64,000 bases of DNA from an uncultured Candidatus Saccharibacteria bacterium (GTDB taxonomy: Bacteria > Patescibacteriota > UBA1384 > JAGGWG01 > CAZAJM01), in NCBI GenBank assembly GCA_964485625.1, contig CAZAJM010000003.1, forward strand, positions 6,349 through 70,348. Reading direction: 5' to 3'. A program made the translations under genes and the position numbers. A model generated the notes under the pieces. The model worked only from the letters and a program-made list of their open reading frames with translations, ran no database searches and was not told the DNA's origin. Every line of letters begins with the position of its first letter. Position 1 is the first letter of the stretch. Positions 31,623-40,647 of the stretch are shown in pieces.

Positions 31623-32300
31623 ATGAAATTACATCCTCTAACTTGGTTTAACCGTAGCGCCATTAACTATTTTGACCAGTACGGTTTTAAGGTATTCACA
31701 GGTTCCGAAGTGATCGATGAATGGACAAACTTCGATGGACTTAATGTTCCGGCAGATCATCCTTCTAGAGATGTTCAAGATACTTTTTGGTTAAAAAATA
31801 ACCTACTTCTACGAACCCATACTACTTCTATGGACTTATTGGCCATGAAGAATGATAAGCCACCTGCTAGATATATTGTTCCGGGCAGATGCTATCGTAA
31901 TGAGACTACGGACGCCTCTCATGAGACAACATTTTATCAGCTGGATGGTTTTGTTATTGAAGAACAAATTGAGATGGGCCACCTTATAAAAACCTTAAAA
32001 GATTTCTTTAAGAACATATTTGGAGAAAGTACTAATATTAGAACCAGGCCCCATCATTATGCTTTCGTTGAGCCCGGCATGGATATAGATGTAGAACTTG
32101 ATGATCAGTGGCGAGAGATGATAGGCTCAGGTATGCTTCATCCGGTAGTCTTAAAAAATATGGGAGTTGACCCGAAGGAATACCAGGGCTTTGCTTTCGG
32201 TATGGGCATCGACCGGTTGATGATGGAAAAATATGGAGTAGAAGATATTAGGTCCTCATACTCTAGTGACTTCAGAGTCTTAAAGCAATTTGATAAATAA
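31623..32300 (+). CDS. pheS: phenylalanyl-tRNA synthetase alpha subunit, minimal catalytic-core form (about 225 aa)
   Basis: Class II motifs, including FRNETTDASHETTFYQLDG and GMGIDRL. The N-terminal extension found in typical PheS is absent. I take the start at Met 31623. Confidence 0.85.
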   Translation: MKLHPLTWFNRSAINYFDQYGFKVFTGSEVIDEWTNFDGLNVPADHPSRDVQDTFWLKNNLLLRTHTTSMDLLAMKNDKPPARYIVPGRCYRNETTDASHETTFYQLDGFVIEEQIEMGHLIKTLKDFFKNIFGESTNIRTRPHHYAFVEPGMDIDVELDDQWREMIGSGMLHPVVLKNMGVDPKEYQGFAFGMGIDRLMMEKYGVEDIRSSYSSDFRVLKQFDK

Positions 32301-32312
32301 CTAAGAAATAAT

Positions 32313-34265
32313 ATGCTAGTTCCCTTAAGTTGGCTAAACAAATACATAGAAGAAAGTGATGTTAATAAAATAGAGACAATTTTACTCCAAGCGGGTCTTG
32401 AGGTAGAAGAAGTTTTGCTACACGAGTCAGGCGATGAGATTTTAAAAGTTGAGGTAACTCCTAACCGCGGTGATTGGGCCAGTATTATTGGTGTGGCCAG
32501 AGAGCTCTCTGCTATAGGAGGATACGATTTAAAGAAACGAGTAGTAGAACCTAATCTAGATTCTAATCTAAACACCGAAGATCATATTAAACTAAATTTA
32601 AAAGAACCTAAGCTATGCCGTAAATATCAAGCAACATTAATAGAAGGACTTTCGGTAGAAAATTCAAACGAAATTATTGCCAGTAGCTTAGAGAAGATGC
32701 GTGAGAAAACAATCAACAATGTCGTCGACGCAACCAACTTTGCCATGTTTGAGTTGGGTCAACCACTTCATGCCTTTGATGGCGATAAAATAGAGGGAGA
32801 GATAATCATCAGGACTGCTAAAGAGGGAGAAGAGATTGAACTGATTAATGGCAAGCTTGTTAAATTAGATATAAAAGATTTAATAATTGCCGATAGCAAA
32901 AGACCGATCGCCCTAGCCGGTGTGATGGGAGGTAGAGAGACCGAAGTAACTAAAAAAACGAAGAGAATTATTCTTGAATCGGCTTGGTTTGAGCCTAAAA
33001 CGATTAGAGCAACTAGCAAAAGGCATAGCATATCAACAGAGGCCAGCTACCGCTTTGAGCGGATGGTCGATCCTAATATTACCAGCAAAGCCTCCAAGCT
33101 AGTTATAGAGATCCTAAAAGAAGGTCAACCAACAATTAAAGTGGCTAAACCTGTCATGGAAAAAGGCTCTAGTTTTAGAAAAAACAAGGTTAGACTAGAG
33201 ACCAATAAGATCAATCAAATACTGGGGTTGGATCTAAAAGAACAAGATATTTTAACTATGCTAGATAATTTAGGTTTTAAGATTGAGAGAAATAAAGTTA
33301 CCACTCCTTCTTGGAGGAGTGATATCAGAATAGTTGAGGATCTAGTAGAAGAAGTTGCCAGAAGCTATGGCTATGATAAATTGCCTGAAAAAAGTCTAAA
33401 GAAGAAAGAATCCAATCTATCTGACTCAAATTGGTATCAAGTAGAGCAATTAAAAGACTATCTTGCCAAGAAAGACTTCCTGGAAGTATATAACTACTCT
33501 TTTATCTCCCCAGAAGACGCCCAGGTCTTTAATCTACCCGTTAAAAACCTACTCGAGGTAGTTAATCCGGTAGATCCTGATAATAAGTATATGAGAGCCT
33601 CTCTCTTCCCGGGCCTAGTTAAAACAATTGCCAAGAACCAACAAGAGTCTCAAATTAAGGCCTTTGAAATAGGCCAAGTATTTAACAAAAAGAGTGTTAC
33701 CAGAAAAGAAGCAAATCTTAAGTTAGGTTTAGTCGCCTTCGGTGTTGAGGAAGCGGAACTAACTCAAATTACCAAGGAGTTAGAGAAAAATCTTAAAATT
33801 AAGGCCGAAAACCGCTACCTTCATAGAGACGATAAAAAAGATCAACAAGTATTTAAGAAATATAAGATTAGGAAGCCAAGTATTCACATTGTTGAATTTG
33901 ATCTAAATAGAGCTAACTTTGATTGGCTAGATAAAAAAATAGAACTACCACCCAAAAAAGGATTCAGTTTTCAAGAGGTCTCTAAATACCCTGAGGTCAA
34001 TCGTGACTTAGCCTTTATTGTCTCGAGAGATATTAAGAGCGATGAGGTGAAAAAATTGATTCTTTCAGCCGATGAACTAATTGTAAGAGTAGAGCTTTTC
34101 GATGAGTTTGAACATGACCGGTTCGGCAAAAACAAAAAAAACTTAGCCTATCATATTTTCTTCCAAGCTCCCGATCGAACTCTTAAGGATAAAGAAGTCG
34201 ATAAGTTAGTAGAAAGAACCATTAGCCTTGTAGAGAAAAAGTTTGAGGCTAAACTTAGGGAATAG
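32313..34265 (+). CDS. pheT: phenylalanyl-tRNA synthetase beta subunit (short, 650 aa)
   Basis: Has B3/4, B5 and catalytic-like domains, and lies directly downstream of pheS. Confidence 0.85.
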   Translation: MLVPLSWLNKYIEESDVNKIETILLQAGLEVEEVLLHESGDEILKVEVTPNRGDWASIIGVARELSAIGGYDLKKRVVEPNLDSNLNTEDHIKLNLKEPKLCRKYQATLIEGLSVENSNEIIASSLEKMREKTINNVVDATNFAMFELGQPLHAFDGDKIEGEIIIRTAKEGEEIELINGKLVKLDIKDLIIADSKRPIALAGVMGGRETEVTKKTKRIILESAWFEPKTIRATSKRHSISTEASYRFERMVDPNITSKASKLVIEILKEGQPTIKVAKPVMEKGSSFRKNKVRLETNKINQILGLDLKEQDILTMLDNLGFKIERNKVTTPSWRSDIRIVEDLVEEVARSYGYDKLPEKSLKKKESNLSDSNWYQVEQLKDYLAKKDFLEVYNYSFISPEDAQVFNLPVKNLLEVVNPVDPDNKYMRASLFPGLVKTIAKNQQESQIKAFEIGQVFNKKSVTRKEANLKLGLVAFGVEEAELTQITKELEKNLKIKAENRYLHRDDKKDQQVFKKYKIRKPSIHIVEFDLNRANFDWLDKKIELPPKKGFSFQEVSKYPEVNRDLAFIVSRDIKSDEVKKLILSADELIVRVELFDEFEHDRFGKNKKNLAYHIFFQAPDRTLKDKEVDKLVERTISLVEKKFEAKLRE

Positions 34266-34370
34266 ATACAGTAACAATACCAATAAAAGTAACTACTTGC
34301 ATTTCTTTTTGATTTTTTATTAAAAAACAGGTAAGATATTAGTAATATTAACACTTGAAATTATTCTATT

Positions 34371-35771
34371 ATGCTTAAAGACCATAGTGCTAGAGAACTT
34401 ACTAAAAAAATTGCTGGCAAGACCGTTAGATTAGCGGGCTTTGTCCATTCAATTCGCTCACATGGCAAAATTATCTTTATCGACCTTCGAGACTTTACAG
34501 GTCTGGTTCAAATAGTCTTTGATCCGGAGAATAAAGAGGCTCATAGAGCTGCTAAGAAACTTTCAGGAGAGTATGTCGTTACTATTGAGGGAGTAGTCAA
34601 GGAGAGGCCTTCCGGCATGGTCAATGATGATATCGTTTCAGGAGAGGTGGAGATTGAGGCCAAGAAACTAGAGATTCTCTCTAAGGCTAAAACACCTCCT
34701 TTTGAAGTAGACAAAGATACCAGAAACGTCTCTGAAGAGAAACGTCTAAAACATCGATATATAGATCTTCGAAGCCAGAGGATGATTGAGAACCTAAGAG
34801 TTAGAACCAAAGTTATTAGGTTTTTAACAGATTTTCTGATTGGCCAATCGTTTCTGGAGATAGAGACCCCATATATTACTAAAGGTACTCCCGAAGGAGC
34901 CAGAGAATATGTGGTGCCTTCAAGGCTTCACAAGGGTAATTTCTATGTCTTACCTCAATCTCCCCAACAATTTAAACAGCTTTTAATGGTTTCTGGAGTA
35001 GAGAGATACTTTCAAATTGCTAAAGCCTTCCGTGATGAGGACCCTCGAGCCGATAGGCAGCAAGAGTTTACTCAACTTGATATCGAGATGAGCTATATCA
35101 CTCAAGAGGATATTTTAACTATTGTTGAGCAGATGATGAGTGAGATGATAGAAGAACTTTTCCCAAATAAAAAGATAACTCAACTTCCTTTCCCCAGATT
35201 AACCTATCAGCAGGCAATGAAAGAGTACTCCTCAGATAGCCCCAACATGAAAAAAAGCCTTGAGGACCCAGATGAACTGGCCTTCTGTTGGGTAACTGAC
35301 TTTCCTTTAATGGAGTACTCGGAGAGCGAAGGTAAGCTGGTCTCAACTCATCACCCTTTTACTGCACCAAATGTGGAAGATATCAGCAAACTCGAGAGCC
35401 AGCCGGAGAAGGTTAGGGCCCAAGCCTACGATTTAGTTCTAAACGGTTATGAGGTAGCAGGGGGAAGCATTAGAATATCAGATCAAAAATTACAAGAGAA
35501 GGTCTTTCAAATTCTTGGTCTGTCTGATAGTGAGATCAAGGACAAGTTTGGTCATATGCTAGAAGCTTTTGAGTATGGAGTTCCTCCTCATGGTGGCATT
35601 GCCGGTGGGCTAGACCGCTTGGTAGCAGAGATCGCTAATGAAGATAATATCAGAGAAGTAATTGCCTTTCCTAAAACAGGCGACGGCAGAGACTTAATGA
35701 TGAATGCACCAAGCAAGATAAGTAAAAAACAACTTAAAGAGCTTGGTATAGAAATTGCTAAAGATGATTAA
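34371..35771 (+). CDS. aspS: aspartyl-tRNA synthetase lacking the bacterial GAD insertion (466 aa)
   Basis: OB-fold anticodon-binding domain plus a class II core (FRDEDPRADRQQEFTQLDIEMS, GGIAGGLDRL). Confidence 0.88.
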   Translation: MLKDHSARELTKKIAGKTVRLAGFVHSIRSHGKIIFIDLRDFTGLVQIVFDPENKEAHRAAKKLSGEYVVTIEGVVKERPSGMVNDDIVSGEVEIEAKKLEILSKAKTPPFEVDKDTRNVSEEKRLKHRYIDLRSQRMIENLRVRTKVIRFLTDFLIGQSFLEIETPYITKGTPEGAREYVVPSRLHKGNFYVLPQSPQQFKQLLMVSGVERYFQIAKAFRDEDPRADRQQEFTQLDIEMSYITQEDILTIVEQMMSEMIEELFPNKKITQLPFPRLTYQQAMKEYSSDSPNMKKSLEDPDELAFCWVTDFPLMEYSESEGKLVSTHHPFTAPNVEDISKLESQPEKVRAQAYDLVLNGYEVAGGSIRISDQKLQEKVFQILGLSDSEIKDKFGHMLEAFEYGVPPHGGIAGGLDRLVAEIANEDNIREVIAFPKTGDGRDLMMNAPSKISKKQLKELGIEIAKDD

Positions 35772-36697
35772 TGAGTAGTATTCTAGTATTTTTAATAGTC
35801 TTAACAGAGATTATAGGGTTTAACCTATCAAATTTAGATTCAACTAATTTATACACCTTCAATAAATCATCACTGAATAGTAGCTCGGTTAAATTACCCG
35901 AGATAGATTTAGAGCAGATAAATTCTTACCCAGTCAAATCTGACTCCTTTTACAAACCATTTATTACAGGTAGAAGCTACTTGGTCTATGATTACGGTTC
36001 CAATAGGACTCTAGCCAAACAGAAGGCACATAAAGAGCGTCCAATCGCTTCAATTACCAAGCTAATGACTGCAATAGTGGCAATTGAGAATATGGATCTC
36101 GATCAATACGTCAAAATTTCTAAAAAAGTGAATAAAGTTGGTGGTTCGAAACTCTGGATCGATCCAGGCCTGAATTTTAAAGTTAATGACCTTCTGGAAG
36201 CAATGCTTGTTAAGTCTGCCAATGATTGCGCATACTCTATCGCTCACGCCTACGATAAAGAACATGGGGATGGTCAATTTAGTAAACAGATGAACCAGAA
36301 GGCGGATGAACTTCTCATGTACTCAACCAATTTTGATGAATCGACAGGGCTTAGTGAAAAAAATACTTCTTCTGCTATCGATTTAAAAAAGTTAGCCAAC
36401 TACGCTCTAACCAAGCCGGAAATTAGAGAAGCGATTAACAAAACCAGCAGAACAATTGTCTCAAAAGAAGGCTACAATTACACAGCTAGGGCCTCAAACC
36501 AGATGCTCTCCACTGATAATGATATCTTTGGCATTAAGACGGGCTATCTAGAAGAGGCGGGCCATTGTTTTATGGCAGGCTCGGATAATGGTAGTGGTAA
36601 GATAATATCTATTATTTTGGATGCCGGTTCTACCACCTTAAGATTTAGCGACTCTAGAAAGCTTATTGATTGGGCAAGGGAAGTATATAGTTGGTAG
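35771..36697 (+). CDS. D-alanyl-D-alanine carboxypeptidase (PBP5/6-like, S11 peptidase)
   Basis: SxxK (ASITKLMT), SxN (SAND) and KTG motifs with an N-terminal signal/TM. Confidence 0.8.
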   Translation: MSSILVFLIVLTEIIGFNLSNLDSTNLYTFNKSSLNSSSVKLPEIDLEQINSYPVKSDSFYKPFITGRSYLVYDYGSNRTLAKQKAHKERPIASITKLMTAIVAIENMDLDQYVKISKKVNKVGGSKLWIDPGLNFKVNDLLEAMLVKSANDCAYSIAHAYDKEHGDGQFSKQMNQKADELLMYSTNFDESTGLSEKNTSSAIDLKKLANYALTKPEIREAINKTSRTIVSKEGYNYTARASNQMLSTDNDIFGIKTGYLEEAGHCFMAGSDNGSGKIISIILDAGSTTLRFSDSRKLIDWAREVYSW

Positions 36698-36710
36698 GTA
36701 TTTACATACC

Positions 36711-36749
36711 AAATAAAAAAGCCAACTTCAATATGTTGGTTCTTTTTTG
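36711..36749. terminator. bidirectional rho-independent terminator
   Basis: An A-run, then gccaac-ttcaatat-gttggt, then a T-run. Lies between convergent genes. Confidence 0.75.
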
Positions 36750-36774
36750 TAGATCAGTTATAGATAGACTAATT

Positions 36775-36849
36775 TTATGAAGCTGAGGCTGCCCACCAGA
36801 TAAGAATGATAATGACAAGGGCAATCACCAGCCACCAATACCAATCCAT
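36775..36849 (-). CDS. candidate 24-aa hydrophobic micro-peptide (MDWYWWLVIALVIIILIWWAASAS)
   Basis: Unannotated tiny ORF just downstream of the CcdA-like gene on the same strand. Coding status uncertain. Confidence 0.25.
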   Translation of the reverse strand: MDWYWWLVIALVIIILIWWAASAS

Positions 36850-36889
36850 AGATTATCAATTAATGATTTGGCCTATTATAGCAGATAAA

Positions 36890-37702
36890 CTAAATGGTTA
36901 CCAGCAAAAGCCAGAATCCTAAGCCAAAAATTAGAATCCCGGTTATTAGATGAAGGAGCTTGATATTTTTCTGACGCCACTCCTCGGTCTTCTCAACTTT
37001 AATAACAGAGTAATGAACAGCAAATATTATTAAGATAAGTGGTAGAACAAAGATTAGATTATAGTAAATTAGATAGAGTATAGTCGAGAACTCTTGACTC
37101 TCCAAGATACTAAGAGCAAAAAGATAGGGCCCTCCGGTACAAGGAAGCTCAAAAAATGAAATCAAAAAACCTACAAAAAAAGCAATTAATGGACTAGTTG
37201 CTCTAGTAATTAGATTGCCCATCTTTGGTCGCCAGTCCATTGGAATCTCCATCCTAAAAAACTTACCATAGAAAAAATAGTCTTTTATATTGAAAATCCC
37301 CACTAATATTGCTATTAGAGCGATGATAATATGGAAAAAATCAAGATTATCAAACAGGCCTATGCCTTTAATTAGCCCCAGCCCAATTAGCAAGTAAGAT
37401 ATAAAGATACCGGCAATAAAGGCCAAACCGGTCTGAATTATTTTTTTTCTAATCAATACCAAACCTTCAAGTAAGATCATCAGCACTGCTAGAGCACATG
37501 GATTGATAGAATCCGTTAAAGCTGCCAAAGTTATTAGAGTAAAACTACTCATACTATCTAGAGAGCCGCCGACCTGACAAGAGTAGCAAGGATCAATTAA
37601 ATAGTAGATTAGATAGGTAAGTGCGCCAACTCCGACAATAATGGAGATAAGTAAAATAAGTTTTGCTATAGACCTACTCTTTACCATACTCCGCCTCTCC
37701 AT
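36890..37702 (-). CDS. CcdA/DsbD-family thiol:disulfide transporter membrane protein with N-terminal CxxC
   Basis: Multi-TM with Cys in TM segments (INPCALA, ELPCTGGPY) and an N-terminal CYSC. Confidence 0.6.
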   Translation of the reverse strand: MERRSMVKSRSIAKLILLISIIVGVGALTYLIYYLIDPCYSCQVGGSLDSMSSFTLITLAALTDSINPCALAVLMILLEGLVLIRKKIIQTGLAFIAGIFISYLLIGLGLIKGIGLFDNLDFFHIIIALIAILVGIFNIKDYFFYGKFFRMEIPMDWRPKMGNLITRATSPLIAFFVGFLISFFELPCTGGPYLFALSILESQEFSTILYLIYYNLIFVLPLILIIFAVHYSVIKVEKTEEWRQKNIKLLHLITGILIFGLGFWLLLVTI

Positions 37703-38729
37703 TAATCTTAGAATTTAATTTAATAGCTGAGTGGATACCTACAGGGATCATTAGCCAAAATGAGATTAGCCGATAACCAATAACTGAAAAAATCGTTATA
37801 TCAAGAGGCAGACCAACATTAACTAACATCAACCCGAGAGCTCCCTCAACCACACCAAGACCGCCAGGTATAAAGGAAATTGCACCTAAGCTAGTTGCCA
37901 CGCCATAGGCAATAATTAGCTTGGCCGGGTGAATATAGGCTCCAAGTGAGAGAATAACAAAAAATAGCACTAGAATATCACCAACCCAATAGATAAGAGC
38001 GATAGCAGTTTGACGGGAAAAGATAGGGAGAGAGTCCATGGGAGAGAAGCCACTATGAATATCTCTGATAACGGCCTCTTTCTGGCTCATATTAAGTTTG
38101 GCTCTCTTTAGGATCACCATCTTGAAGTGATCTAAAAAACTTACAATTTTTTTAAAAAAATATCTAAAACGGTTAAAGTTTAGATAGAGATTTCTAGCTA
38201 GAATAATCCCGCCGACTAATATCAATAGCACTAATACTGATGCAACCTTGCCAGTAAATGAGACATCGGGGAGCGTGGGCATAAAAAGAAGACTTATTCC
38301 AAGAATTATAAAGAAGGCTGAGTAAGAGAAGATTAAACGGGTAATAATCATAGCCATAATATTACCTGTTGGGACCCCTCTTTTACGTAAGTAATAGTAG
38401 CTGTAGGCTGCCTCTCCAAAACCGGCTACTGGCACCAAATGAATCGCCATAATAGAGACCGTGCCCAATCTAAAAGCCTCTTTGTAATCTAATATATCTA
38501 CCTCTAGATGTTTTAATATAGATAAAATCAGATAGCCTGTCCCAAAATAGGCGAACAACTCAAATAGTAGGGCAACTAAAATCAGCAGAATATTTGCTTC
38601 ACTCAGAAGGTCAAAAATCTTATCAAAGCCAAGCCAGCTTGTAGCTAGGACATATATAGCTATGCCTACTATCAGAAGAACTACTATCTTCCTATAAGAT
38701 AAAGATTGATTAATCGACTGTTTCTTCAC
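37674..38729 (-). CDS. UPF0104 / lysylphosphatidylglycerol-synthase-TM-like (flippase-like) membrane protein
   Basis: 351 aa and polytopic. Its architecture is typical of the LPG_synthase_TM family. Confidence 0.5.
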   Translation of the reverse strand: MKKQSINQSLSYRKIVVLLIVGIAIYVLATSWLGFDKIFDLLSEANILLILVALLFELFAYFGTGYLILSILKHLEVDILDYKEAFRLGTVSIMAIHLVPVAGFGEAAYSYYYLRKRGVPTGNIMAMIITRLIFSYSAFFIILGISLLFMPTLPDVSFTGKVASVLVLLILVGGIILARNLYLNFNRFRYFFKKIVSFLDHFKMVILKRAKLNMSQKEAVIRDIHSGFSPMDSLPIFSRQTAIALIYWVGDILVLFFVILSLGAYIHPAKLIIAYGVATSLGAISFIPGGLGVVEGALGLMLVNVGLPLDITIFSVIGYRLISFWLMIPVGIHSAIKLNSKINGEAEYGKE

Positions 38730-39432
38730 TTTCTAGTTTTAATTTATCAAGAGCATTTTTAGCGGCACTTGCCTCAGCTTTCTGTTTGCTACTTCCTTCT
38801 CCTAGACCAACCTTCTTCTCATCCAAGAAAACTGCTATCTTAAAAACCTTATTATGGTCCGGGCCGGCCTCCGATACAACCTCATAGGCTGGAGTAATGC
38901 CATATTTATCTTGAGCTAATTCTTGAAAATAGGTCTTAGGATCGATATGCTTGCCTTCTTTGATAATAGATTCTAAGTAAGTAATAATTTCCGTTTGGAT
39001 AAATTTCTCCGCCTTCATATAACCTTGGTCTAAATAGATCGCTCCTATCAAGGCCTCAAAAGTACCGGCAAGAATCACTTCCTTCTCTCGGCCACCACTC
39101 TTTTCTTCTCCTTTGCTAAGCCTAAGATAGTTGCCTAAATCTAGCTTATTAGCCGCCTGAGCCAAATTAGAGCCTCTAACTAAGGCCGCTCGCCAGTTGG
39201 TGAGTACCCCCTCTCCTTTCTTTGGATAATTATCGTAGATATAGTCGGTCACTGCCAACTCCAAGACTGCATCACCAAGAAATTCCAACCTCTCATTATG
39301 CTCTATCTTCTTCTCTCGGTTCTCATTAACATATGATCGATGAACAAAAGCCCGCTTAAAAATATCCCTATCTTTAACCTCAATAGAGAAATTATCTTCT
39401 AAATAATCTAGTAAAGTCTTAAGCTTCTTCAT
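38710..39432 (-). CDS. rnc: ribonuclease III
   Basis: Signature ERLEFLGDAVLEL plus a C-terminal dsRBD. Start chosen at the internal Met. The ORF-track Met at 39471 would overlap nusB by 53 nt. Confidence 0.88.
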   Translation of the reverse strand: MKKLKTLLDYLEDNFSIEVKDRDIFKRAFVHRSYVNENREKKIEHNERLEFLGDAVLELAVTDYIYDNYPKKGEGVLTNWRAALVRGSNLAQAANKLDLGNYLRLSKGEEKSGGREKEVILAGTFEALIGAIYLDQGYMKAEKFIQTEIITYLESIIKEGKHIDPKTYFQELAQDKYGITPAYEVVSEAGPDHNKVFKIAVFLDEKKVGLGEGSSKQKAEASAAKNALDKLKLESEETVD

Positions 39433-39886
39433 CTTTCTTTCTCGGCTTATTAATCTTCTCTGACTCCTCACCTTTATGTCTATCTGAGGCCCTAAAAACT
39501 GTGCCTAGAACACCGTTGATAAAAGGAGCAGTATTCTCACCCCCAAACTCCTTGCCAAGCTCCACCGCCTCATCTATAGCTACCTTAGGAGGGATATCCT
39601 CTCTAAATAATAGCTCATAGACTCCAACAGTAAGAATAGCCAAATCGATATTATCGATCTTCTCTAAGGGCCAATCGGGAGCAGCGATCTCAATAGTCTT
39701 ATCGATTTGATCGATATTCTCCTTAATCTCCTTAACACACCGACTAACATAATCATCTTCTAGATTATCTGATGGATGAGTCTCTAAATTCTCTTTGGCT
39801 ATCTCAAAGATATCTTCTTCTTTCTCCTCAAACCGCCATTGATAGACGGTCTGCATTACTACCACTCTTGATTGATGTCTAGACAT
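39419..39886 (-). CDS. nusB: transcription antitermination protein NusB
   Basis: 155 aa, NusB helical fold (MSRHQSRVVVMQTVYQW...). Confidence 0.8.
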   Translation of the reverse strand: MSRHQSRVVVMQTVYQWRFEEKEEDIFEIAKENLETHPSDNLEDDYVSRCVKEIKENIDQIDKTIEIAAPDWPLEKIDNIDLAILTVGVYELLFREDIPPKVAIDEAVELGKEFGGENTAPFINGVLGTVFRASDRHKGEESEKINKPRKKDEEA

Positions 39887-39892
39887 AATTAA

Positions 39893-40078
39893 TTAGTTAG
39901 ATTCTTTGACAATCTCCTCATCTTTGTAATGTCCACAGTTAGGACAGACCTGATGGGGCATCTTCTTCTCTCCACATTCCTGACACTTAGCTAACTGAGC
40001 CATCTTTTTCTTAGAAAAATTGGCCTTCCTTCTTACCTTTCCCTTAGCTTTGGTCGTCTGTTTTTTTGGTTCTGGCAT
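39893..40078 (-). CDS. rpmF: 50S ribosomal protein L32
   Basis: Basic N-terminus with CQECG...CPNCG zinc ribbon. Confidence 0.8.
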   Translation of the reverse strand: MPEPKKQTTKAKGKVRRKANFSKKKMAQLAKCQECGEKKMPHQVCPNCGHYKDEEIVKESN

Positions 40079-40082
40079 GATA

Positions 40083-40571
40083 TTACTTATTATTTATTAA
40101 TTTTTTTAATTTTTGTAACTCAGGATGACCCTTATCTTCTTCCCTACAGTCACAGATCGACTCGTTTAAATTTTGGCCACAGATTTGACAGAGGCCCTTA
40201 CAATCCGACTGGCAGAGCTTCTTAGGAGGAAGCTGGCTGATAAGTTGATCGACTAGAGGCTTTTGGAGATCGACCTGGCCATCTTCATCGATCTCTAGCT
40301 CATCTTCTTCCGGCTGACTGGCAAATACTTGCTCTAGATTGATTTGATAATCACTTATAAACGACTCCAGGCAGCGATCACAAGTCAAACTCGGTTTAAG
40401 ATTAGTCTTAGCTGATATTAGATAGCTACTCTCATCCAACTTGCTAATTTTAATCTCAATCTCGATATCTTGATTAATCTCAATCAAATCATCCTTATAA
40501 TCTAGCCTCCCTTTCTTAATAACTGATCTCTGCCCATTATCGACAAGCTTTTGAGGATTGATCTTAATCAT
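40083..40571 (-). CDS. yceD: YceD/DUF177 family protein (23S rRNA accumulation protein)
   Basis: Conserved position upstream of rpmF. Has the Cys cluster CDRC...CQSDCKGLCQICG. Confidence 0.7.
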   Translation of the reverse strand: MIKINPQKLVDNGQRSVIKKGRLDYKDDLIEINQDIEIEIKISKLDESSYLISAKTNLKPSLTCDRCLESFISDYQINLEQVFASQPEEDELEIDEDGQVDLQKPLVDQLISQLPPKKLCQSDCKGLCQICGQNLNESICDCREEDKGHPELQKLKKLINNK

Positions 40572-40647
40572 CTGATTTTTCCAACTATTATTAACCTACT
40601 CAATCAGTTTAACAGATAAAGAGGTCTCTTTTCAAGACTTGATAGCC

